Assembly: GCA_963845755.1 (NCBI GenBank)
Contig: CAWJTV010000030.1
Span: 64,001-128,000 of the forward strand
DNA from: an uncultured Planctomycetota bacterium
GTDB taxonomy: Bacteria > Planctomycetota > Planctomycetia > Isosphaerales > Isosphaeraceae
Length of the DNA: 64,000 nucleotides
Direction of reading: 5' to 3'
Part shown: piece after piece, positions 56,217 through 64,000 of the stretch
How the letters are laid out: the number at the start of each line of letters is the position of its first letter
Position numbering within the stretch: the first letter of the stretch is position 1
Made by a program: the position numbers and the translations under genes
The notes under the pieces: generated by a model
Seen by the model: only the letters and a program-made list of their open reading frames with translations
Databases searched by the model: none
Told to the model about the DNA's origin: nothing

Positions 56217-56446
56217 GGGGCAATTCGAGATTCCGGATTCGAGATTCCCGACAAAAGGGGTAATTCGAGATTCCGGATTCGAGATTCCCGACAAAAGGGG
56301 TAATTCGAGATTCCGGATTCGAGATTCCGGATTCGAGATTCCGGATTCGAGATTCCGGATTCGAGATGTGGGATTTATAGATTTAATTTCATATATATTA
56401 TAGATCGGGTTTTGATTCTCGAATCCGGAATCTCGAATCCGGAATT
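56217..56446. repeat. Tandem 40-bp and 14-bp (GATTCGAGATTCCG) repeats, an AT-rich spacer and an inverted arm
   Basis: Direct reading: two near-identical 40-bp units at 56221-56300, further 14-mers to about 56367, inverted arm at 56414-56446. Confidence 0.85.
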
Positions 56447-56513
56447 ATGAACCCTCGATCCGAATCGTACTGATCGACTCAGTCCTGCTGGAGATGGGGA
56501 GGAGCCAGACATC

Positions 56514-57584
56514 ATGCCCGAGTTGCGTAAAGACCCGATCGTCGGCCGCTGGGTGATCATCGCGCACGAGCGGGCCAAGCGTCCTCACGACTTCCGCTCG
56601 GAGATTGCGCCGGGCGAGGTCGGGGCGGTCTGCCCGTTCTGCGAAGGGCACGAGGATAAGACGCCGCCCGAGATCCTCGCCTATCGCGATTTCGGCTCGC
56701 AGCCGAACCGACCGGGATGGCGGATCCGCGTGGTCCCCAACCGGTTCCCCGCCCTGAAGATCGAGGGCAACCTGAACAAGCGCGGCGATGGCATCTACGA
56801 TATGATGGCCGGCATCGGCGCCCACGAGGTCATCATTGAGAGCCCGGAACACCACAAGAGCATGGCGACCCTCCGCGAGGAGAATATCCGCGAGGTCCTC
56901 TGGGTCTACCGCGATCGGCTGGTCGACTTGAAGAAGGACAACCGACTGGTCCACGGCATGTTGTTCAAGAACGTCGGAGCCGCGGGCGGAGCGAGCCTGG
57001 AGCACACCCACAGCCAACTGATCGTCACGCCGATCGTGCCGATCTCCGTCTGGGAGGAGATGACCGGCTCCCTCGAGTTCTTCCACTACCGGGGCCGTTG
57101 CATCTACTGCGACATGGTGCAGCAGGAGCTCGCCTTCGAGAAGCGCATCGTCCTGGATTCGCACCACTTCACGGCGTTCTGTCCCTACGCCAGCCGGTTC
57201 CCGTTCGAGACCTGGATCGTCCCCAAGACTCACTCCAGCCACTTCGAGAACATCCCCAAGCCGGCCGTCGACGACCTTGGCCATGTCCTCCACCAGGTCG
57301 TGAACAAGCTGGAGACGGCCCTCGACAGCCCCGCTTACAACTACATCATCCACACGGCGCCGTTTGACCACGGAGAGATGCCGCATTACCATTGGCACAT
57401 CGAGATCATCCCCCGGCTGACGAAGGTGGCCGGGTTCGAGTGGGGGTCGGGCTTCTACATCAATCCCGTGCCGCCCGAGAACGCGGCCGGCTTCTTGCGC
57501 GAGGTCGAGGTCAGCCACCCCGTTCATTCGAGGCCGGCAACCGCGGAACGCGGCACGGTGGAACTTCGACACGTATCGGTCTAG
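56514..57584 (+). CDS. galT: Galactose-1-phosphate uridylyltransferase-like (GalT/HIT) nucleotidyltransferase
   Basis: [37 protein letters not shown]. Confidence 0.85.
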   Translation: MPELRKDPIVGRWVIIAHERAKRPHDFRSEIAPGEVGAVCPFCEGHEDKTPPEILAYRDFGSQPNRPGWRIRVVPNRFPALKIEGNLNKRGDGIYDMMAGIGAHEVIIESPEHHKSMATLREENIREVLWVYRDRLVDLKKDNRLVHGMLFKNVGAAGGASLEHTHSQLIVTPIVPISVWEEMTGSLEFFHYRGRCIYCDMVQQELAFEKRIVLDSHHFTAFCPYASRFPFETWIVPKTHSSHFENIPKPAVDDLGHVLHQVVNKLETALDSPAYNYIIHTAPFDHGEMPHYHWHIEIIPRLTKVAGFEWGSGFYINPVPPENAAGFLREVEVSHPVHSRPATAERGTVELRHVSV

Positions 57585-57605
57585 CAGCATTGAGCGAGGA
57601 CGAGG

Positions 57606-59822
57606 ATGTCGCAGGTCCGTCTGATCCTGGCGTTGCACAATCACCAGCCGGTCGGCAATTTCGACGGGGTCTTCGAGGACGCCTACCGGACGAGCTATCT
57701 CCCGTTCCTGGACGTCCTGGAGGGTTATCCGGAGATCTCGTTCGCGCTGCACACTTCGGGTCCGCTGCTGGAATGGTTCGTCGAGCGGCACCCGGAGTAC
57801 ATCGTGCGGCTGCGTCGGCTGGTGGAATCGGGCCGCGTGGAAATCCTCGGTGGTGGGTTTTTCGAGCCAATCTTGACGATGATCCCGCACCGGGACCGGG
57901 TGGGGCAGATTCGCGGCTACTCGCGTCACCTGGAGGACCTCCTGGGTGCCCGAGTCCGCGGCATGTGGATCGCCGAACGGGTGTGGGAGCAGGCGCTGGT
58001 CTCCTCGATCGCCGAGGCGGGGATCGAATACACGATCCTCGATGATTGCCACTTCCTCCGCGCGGGCTACTTGGCGGACGACGTGCTGGGATACTTCCTC
58101 ACGGAGGACGACGGCCGACTGCTGAGGGTCTTTCCCGGCTCCGAGCCGCTCCGATACATGATCCCGTTCCAGGAGCCCCACGCGACCTACGAATTCCTTC
58201 GCAAGCTGGCCGAGCGACGGCCCGGCTCGACCATCGTGTTCGCCGACGACGGCGAGAAGTTCGGGTCCTGGCCCAAGACCTACGATCACGTTTATCGGAA
58301 CGGTTGGCTGACGCATTTCTGCGACATGCTCCTGGCGAACCGGGACTGGCTGGAGACGACGACCTTCGCGCGAGCGCTGGACGTCTCGCTCCCCTCCGGG
58401 AAGGTCTACCTGCCGGACGGTTCGTACCGGGAGATGACCGAATGGTCGCTGTGGCCGGAGGCGTTAGCTGCGTATCGCCTCGGGGCGCGGCATCTGGCCG
58501 CGATGCCCGATGCCGGAGAGATCGAACGGTTCTTCCGGCCGGGCGGCTACTGGCGGAACTTCCGGGCGAAATATGACGAATGCGACGAGATGTATGCTCG
58601 AATGATGGCCGTCTCGCGCCGACTGGCGACCCTGGAGGCGGGCGGCGGCGCCGACCCGGATTACCTGGAGATCGCGCGGCAGGAACTCTATCGCGGGCAG
58701 TGCAACTGTCCGTACTGGCATGGCTCGTTCGGCGGGTTGTACCTGCCTCATCTCCGGAACGCGATCTACGGAAGCCTGATCGCCGCGGACAACGCCCTGG
58801 ACGACGCCGAGGGCCGGACGGGTCCGCGCGTCGCACTGGAGGTGGGCGACTTCAACTACGATGCGCGTCAAGAGGTCCGGCTGGAGAATGAGCATCTCAT
58901 CGCGATGGTCCGGCCGGCACAGGGGGGGCATCTGTACGAGCTGGACATCCGCCAGAGTACGACGAACCTGCTCGCGACGCTCGACCGCCGCCCCGAGCCT
59001 TACCACGAAGCGATCCGCGAGGCCACCGCGCGACTCGCGAGCGGCCAGGGCCCGGAGAGTGTGACCGACTCACATTCGAACTCCTCCGAACCGATTCGGC
59101 TCAAGCAACAGGGGCTCGACCGGCTGCTCGTCTATGACCGGCATCCCCGCAAGGCGCTGATCGACCATTTCTACCCCGTCGACGTGACGCTTGAGGACCT
59201 GGCCGAATGCCGCCAGGTGGATTGTGGTGATTTCGCGACGGGGACCTACCTGGCTCGCGTCCAGCGCAAGGCGCGGCGTGTTGCGGTGGTGATGGAGCGT
59301 CCGGGCCGCGTCCGCGATCATACGATCCGCATAAGCAAGACGATCGAGCTCAAGGCGGGCTGGCCCGAGCTGGCAATCTCCTACGTGCTCGAGGACCTCC
59401 CACCCGAGGTGTGTTTCCATTTCGCTGTCGAGGTCAACGTGGCAGCGCTGGCCGGCCAGGCACCGGACCGCTATTACTCCGACCTGGCCGGCTCGAACCT
59501 GGGAATGCTCGACGTCCGGCTCGACCTGCCACATACCTCCGGCCTGGCCCTCATCGACGAATGGCGCGATCTTTCCATCCGTCTGGGCTGGTCGCAAGCC
59601 GCTGGGGTCTGGTGTTTTCCGATCGAGACGGTCAGCCAGAGCGAAGGCGGTTACGAAGGAGTTTACCAGTCGTCGGCCGTCATTCCACACTGGCACGTGA
59701 CGGCGGATGAGAGCGGCCGATGGGAAGTCCGGATCCGCTGGGGGATCGAGCGAGCGAAGCCGTCGCCTTCGAGTATGCCCGAACGTCGTACCTTGCTGCC
59801 GGAAGGCGCGGTCAAGGAGTAG
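57606..59822 (+). CDS. GH57 alpha-amylase/4-alpha-glucanotransferase
   Basis: HNHQPVGN, AERVWE, DDGEKFG, SYREM.EW, QCNCPYWHG.FGGLY, C-terminal SQSE.G.E..YQ. Confidence 0.9.
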   Translation: MSQVRLILALHNHQPVGNFDGVFEDAYRTSYLPFLDVLEGYPEISFALHTSGPLLEWFVERHPEYIVRLRRLVESGRVEILGGGFFEPILTMIPHRDRVGQIRGYSRHLEDLLGARVRGMWIAERVWEQALVSSIAEAGIEYTILDDCHFLRAGYLADDVLGYFLTEDDGRLLRVFPGSEPLRYMIPFQEPHATYEFLRKLAERRPGSTIVFADDGEKFGSWPKTYDHVYRNGWLTHFCDMLLANRDWLETTTFARALDVSLPSGKVYLPDGSYREMTEWSLWPEALAAYRLGARHLAAMPDAGEIERFFRPGGYWRNFRAKYDECDEMYARMMAVSRRLATLEAGGGADPDYLEIARQELYRGQCNCPYWHGSFGGLYLPHLRNAIYGSLIAADNALDDAEGRTGPRVALEVGDFNYDARQEVRLENEHLIAMVRPAQGGHLYELDIRQSTTNLLATLDRRPEPYHEAIREATARLASGQGPESVTDSHSNSSEPIRLKQQGLDRLLVYDRHPRKALIDHFYPVDVTLEDLAECRQVDCGDFATGTYLARVQRKARRVAVVMERPGRVRDHTIRISKTIELKAGWPELAISYVLEDLPPEVCFHFAVEVNVAALAGQAPDRYYSDLAGSNLGMLDVRLDLPHTSGLALIDEWRDLSIRLGWSQAAGVWCFPIETVSQSEGGYEGVYQSSAVIPHWHVTADESGRWEVRIRWGIERAKPSPSSMPERRTLLPEGAVKE

Positions 59823-60253
59823 TTAGACCTTACGACTCCCTGGTAATTGCCCTTCCCGCGGCGCCCCCGTCCTCGACGATGAGAACGATCGATTGACAAC
59901 AACGAGCCAAGGGATCGATAGTCATTTCTCGGGTAACCTAACGGTTCGCATACGCCCAAAGCGCGGTACACGCCGAGCTCGCCTTGCGCTAGAAAATCTT
60001 AACAATCCTGCGATCGCGCGCCGGCACTCGCACGCCCTATCTGTTGCTCTCTGGTTCTAACAAGATTAGCCATTTCGATTTGCGAGACGGAACCCCTCAC
60101 GGCATCGGGAGGGCGAGCTCGTTCATTGGATTTTCATCTGGTCTTCGCTGGAACTACACGCGAGATTCAGAGCTAGCAATCTATAATGTCACCCTTAGAC
60201 CGCGATCGCGCGATCGCATCTTTATGCTGAACATCATTACGAGGTTTGCTTCG

Positions 60254-61392
60254 ATGACCCACATCTCGCGTCGGTACGGCCGGCGTGGCTTCACCCTGAT
60301 CGAGCTTTTGGTGGTCATTGCGATCATCGCCGTTCTGATCGCACTGTTGCTTCCCGCCGTGCAATCGGCGCGGGAGGCAGCTCGACGTATCCAGTGTACC
60401 AACAACTTGAAGCAGATGGGTCTGGCCTTCATGAACTATGAGAGTTCGGTCGGTACCTTCCCGCCCACGACGATTTTAGTTCCCACTCCGTCCGGTGCTC
60501 CGGCCACGTGGTACTTCCAGTCGTCCTGGAGTGCTTTCGCACGATCCCTGGGCTACATGGAACAAAGCGCCGCATTTAACGCGATTAACTTCGACTACAC
60601 TTACAGCGACCCGACGAACGTCACCGTCGAAACTCTGACGTTATCCTTCCTGTTCTGTCCGAGCGACCCGGGAGACCACTGGGACGACGCCTCGATGGGT
60701 GGCACGGGCGACGCAACCACAAGTTACGGGACGTGTGACGGTGATTGGTATGTGTGGTCTGTGAACTGGGGCGCCACGAATTCTGTCGGACCGATGAATC
60801 GTTCGCTCTTCGGCCCGAATTACGGCGCCGGATCGCGATGATCACGGACGGAACCAGCAACACACTGGCCGCGGCGGAGGGCTATATCGGTCACGCGCAG
60901 ATGCGGAGTTGTGGCAACACACCCGGACCACCCTCGGACCCCATCACCGGACCGTATTCGTTCACCAACATCCCGCTTCCCGGGCCGGCCTCGGCCGCGG
61001 CACTGGCTTATCAGATCCAGAATTGCGGTACTGGCACTGGCAAAGTCAAAGCCGGTGGGCCGATCGGCCACACCCGCTGGGCCAACGGCGGCGTCTATTA
61101 CTCGGGATTCACCACGGCCATGCCGCCAAACCAGACGGTCTCGACCGTCAGCCGGGCTACCGGCACCGCCGACGCCGGCCGCAACATCGCGATGGACTGG
61201 GACTGGGTTGACGAGAACGACGGCGGGCCGACCTATATGTCCTTGTCGGCCAGTAGCTACCATCCAGGCGGCATCAATGCCCTCTTCGCCGACGGCAGCG
61301 TGCACTGGGTCAAGAATTCGGTAAATCCCGTCACCTGGCGTGGTCTCGGCACCATCGCCGGGGGGGAAGTGATCAGCTCAGATTCGTATTGA
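60254..61392 (+). CDS. DUF1559 protein (prepilin-type N-terminus, H-X9-DG C-terminus; frameshift near 60830)
   Basis: [58 protein letters not shown]. Confidence 0.92.
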
Positions 61393-61501
61393 TCGAGGCG
61401 ATTCGCGCACGGCGGAGGGCGGGAGGTTGCGACCTCGAACACCCGGTTCTCTCCCACGATCCGCCACGCGACACCCATTCACACGTCGGAGGTATCTTTA
61501 G

Positions 61502-61918
61502 ATGTCGAATGGTGCCCAAAGGGTTGTTGTCTCGCTGCTCGCTTCCGTCGTCCTCGTTCCCTGCTGGGGCTGCGGGACCGCCGGAAGCGGGGCGCAGCCC
61601 GACCTGATCCCTGTGAAAGGCAAGGTGACCTACAAGGGTAAGCCCGTAACCAAGGGCAAAGTGATGTTCGAGCCGGATGGTTACGGCCGGCCGGCTGGTG
61701 GCCAACTCCAATCGGATGGAACATATGTGCTCGGGACTCATAAAGAGGGGGATGGCGTGGTCGCCGGCCATCACCAGGTTTCAATCAGCGGCACCGGTAG
61801 CCATCCCGCGAAGGAAGTCATCCCCAAGAAATACACGCAGAGGGCGAGTTCGAAGCTCGTGGCCGATGTGGACGCGGAACACACCGAATTCGGCTTCGAC
61901 CTCAAGGACGGAAAGTAA
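61502..61918 (+). CDS. DUF1559-partner lipoprotein (carboxypeptidase-regulatory-like fold)
   Basis: WGCG lipobox-like motif, PVKGKVTYKGKP, DGTY.L, IPKKY. Confidence 0.8.
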   Translation: MSNGAQRVVVSLLASVVLVPCWGCGTAGSGAQPDLIPVKGKVTYKGKPVTKGKVMFEPDGYGRPAGGQLQSDGTYVLGTHKEGDGVVAGHHQVSISGTGSHPAKEVIPKKYTQRASSKLVADVDAEHTEFGFDLKDGK

Positions 61919-61984
61919 GCTGAAGCTCGTCTTGAATGTCGCCCCGACGCCTCCCTCCTGATAACCCTCCCTGGACCTCGCACC

Positions 61985-63033
61985 ATGATAATTCGCTCCA
62001 GCCGACCAATCGCATTCGCCCTGATCCTGGGGACCATTGTCGTCTCGCCGGCGATCGGACGAGCGGACGACTTCCATCTCGAATCCGTGTCGCTCCCCAG
62101 GCCGCTGATCCAGGACGGGAAGGTGGATGGTGTGATCGAGGCTTCGGGCGTCGAGCCGATCGGCGACGGCCATCGGATCCTGGTCGCGCATGACAAGCAC
62201 CCGGCGTTGTTCGTAGTTGACGTCGCGACCGGCAGGATCCTGGGCGCACCGATCACTTCGCCGAAGTTCCCTGAGCCGTCGAAGCTCGGGGGCCCGAAAT
62301 GGGAAGGCATGGCACGCGATTCGGAAGGGAACTATTACCTCATCGGCGCTCATGTCGGCAAATCGGACGAAGAGCGGGCCAGCAAGAGCGTCCTGCTTCG
62401 CTTTCGCCTTACGGAGACCGATCAACCGACGATCGACGACAGGTCGGTCGTCCGCTGGGACATCGCGCACTCGCTGGAGTCGGCGCTGAAGCGCAGGGGC
62501 TCCCCGAGGCCGAGGTCGGCAAGCGCAAGATCGAGGGCCTGGCCATTCGCGAGAGCAAGAAAGCCGATGGCTCAGCCGGTCGAGAGTTGATCATCGGTCT
62601 GCGGGCCCCGACCGACAAGGTGCGCGCCTTCAATGCCGACATCTCCGCGTCACCATCGCCCGGCGCCGAGCTCGAGCTCAAGCCGCTCTTCAGTTTCGAG
62701 GCCGAATCTCGGGAGGGCTTTACGTCCGAGCTGACCTCGCTCGAGTATGTGCCCCAGCTCGGAGGGTTCCTCGTCGTCACCGCGAGCGAGGACGAAAACA
62801 ACACCTTCCACGGCAATACTCTCTACTTCGTCGCGGACGGCGAGACGAGTCGCGCCCGGAAGATCGCGACGTTCGAGGTCGCCATGAAGGCCGAGGGACT
62901 CGCTATACTCGCCGCCGAGAAGGACGGGGCGAAGACGGCGGTTAAGCTCCTGATCACGTTCGACAACGACCCCCACGCCACCAAGATCCCCAGCCGGTTC
63001 CAGACGGCGACCCTGATCCGGGAATCGCGCTGA
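61985..63033 (+). CDS. Secreted beta-propeller-like protein, DUF3616-like (frameshift near 62490)
   Basis: Signal peptide; repeated EASG, WEGMA, IEGLA and AEGLA blades; IGLRAP. Confidence 0.65.
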
Positions 63034-63057
63034 GGGTCGAATCTCCAACGGTCCGGA

Positions 63058-63342
63058 TTAGCGGTCCCGAGCCTTGATGATCACGTTCTTGTCGGCCTGG
63101 GCGGAAATTCGGTATTGCCGTCTGACCGCTTCGACGAGCGTGAGTTGAAGCGGCGAAGCAGGGGTGACGGTCCGGAGCCGGTTCAAGATCAAAGGCTCGA
63201 TGGCGGGCGTGGTCGTCGGGGGGAGCGAACCATCCCGATACATCTCCTCGGCCTCGCCCGGATGCCGGGCCTTCCCAGTGAAGATAAGGCGGAGGATCGG
63301 ATCGTCGGTCACACCAGGAATGTCGTCAACTTGGGGAGTCAT
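63058..63342 (-). CDS. Small hypothetical protein
   Basis: Follows the dehydrogenase on the same strand with a GAAGGA RBS-like sequence; no recognised domain. Confidence 0.4.
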   Translation of the reverse strand: MTPQVDDIPGVTDDPILRLIFTGKARHPGEAEEMYRDGSLPPTTTPAIEPLILNRLRTVTPASPLQLTLVEAVRRQYRISAQADKNVIIKARDR

Positions 63343-63377
63343 CTCAAATCCTTCCGGCCGTGAGCGAAGCCGGTTTC

Positions 63378-64000
63378 TCAATTCACGACGTTCGTTGGCC
63401 GGCCTTCGAGGAAGTTTGCGATATTGGCCACGGTCGCTTCCATGAGCCGGCCGCGTGCCTCCGCAGCCGCCCAGGCGATGTGGGGCGTGATCAGGCAGTT
63501 GGGCGCCTTGAGTAAAGGATTCTCAGGCCGGATCGGCTCGACGGCGACCACGTCCAGACCGGCGCCGGCCAGCCGGCCGGAGGCCAGCGCTTCGGCGAGG
63601 TCTGCCTCAATCACCAGCGGTCCACGCGCCGTGTTGATCAGCATCGCGCCCGGCTTGACCCGCATCAGCCGTTCGCGGTTGACCAGCCCGGCGGTTTGCG
63701 GCGTCAGGGGAGAATGCAGACTGATCACGTCGGCACGGGTGAAGAGATCGTCCAGTTCGCACCACCTGGCCGCGCGGTCGTCGGTCTCCGGCCACTTGTA
63801 GACGTCATGGGCGATCAGGTTCATGCCGAAGGCGCGGGCGATCTCGCCCACGCGACGGCCGATCCGCCCATAACCGACCAGCCCCATCGTCTTGCCGGCC
63901 AGCTCGATCAGGGGCGTTTTCCGCAGGGAGAAATCCGGCTGCCTGGTCCACTCGCCTGCCCGGACTGCGGAGTCATGCAACGCGACATGATGGCAGAGCT
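63378..64000 (-). CDS. D-2-hydroxyacid (glycerate) dehydrogenase, 5' end outside the window
   Basis: GYGRIG, SLHSPL, INTARG, GLDV..EP, TPHIAW. Confidence 0.88.
   Translation of the reverse strand, partial: LCHHVALHDSAVRAGEWTRQPDFSLRKTPLIELAGKTMGLVGYGRIGRRVGEIARAFGMNLIAHDVYKWPETDDRAARWCELDDLFTRADVISLHSPLTPQTAGLVNRERLMRVKPGAMLINTARGPLVIEADLAEALASGRLAGAGLDVVAVEPIRPENPLLKAPNCLITPHIAWAAAEARGRLMEATVANIANFLEGRPTNVVN

Noticed and set aside
56221..56367. 40-bp repeats as a possible CRISPR array
   Set aside because: The units are directly tandem with no unique spacers, and no cas genes are in the window.
6550..58316. Long antisense ORFs (e.g. 6550..7890, 13717..15057, 17440..18747, 37620..39110, 56445..58316)
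   Set aside because: They are shadow ORFs opposite well-supported genes, expected in high-GC DNA, with no recognisable motifs.
60254..61918. DUF1559 plus lipoprotein pair as a novel system
   Set aside because: This is a very common, already recognised planctomycete gene pair; nothing here distinguishes this copy.

Overview
High-GC chromosomal window whose gene content (DUF1559/H-X9-DG protein, DUF4058, ECF sigma factor plus Ser/Thr kinase, groEL-groES-groEL, LEPR-xLL-type secreted protein) points to a planctomycete, probably Isosphaeraceae-like (inference from recognised families). It is mostly housekeeping. It holds an LPS operon (lpxK, a DHS-fold unknown, waaF, an epimerase) with an isocitrate dehydrogenase-family gene; a TolC protein; a chaperone operon (groEL-groES-groEL-dnaJ-grpE-FmdB-yacG); an ECF/kinase-TPR pair; a small XisH/XisI-Phd-HicAB-DUF4058 accessory cluster; a probable 6S RNA before fabH; DUF2760-Hsp70; an LptD-like gene with dgkA; folE; nth; a Rad52/22-family gene; and a glgA-GH57-galT-GH57 glucan cluster. 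About 18 genes, including essential ones, have small frame breaks, best explained as long-read consensus errors, so many CDS boundaries were reconstructed by eye. No tRNA, rRNA, CRISPR, transposase or integrase was seen. The most interesting signals are non-coding: (1) intergenic inverted repeats built from 7-bp units whose period is conserved but whose sequence differs at each locus; (2) a sigma54 promoter with upstream TGYCA/TGRCA boxes before the chaperone operon; (3) CsrA-type GGA hairpins in the leaders of two outer-membrane protein genes. I could not demonstrate a novel system from sequence alone; these are candidates.
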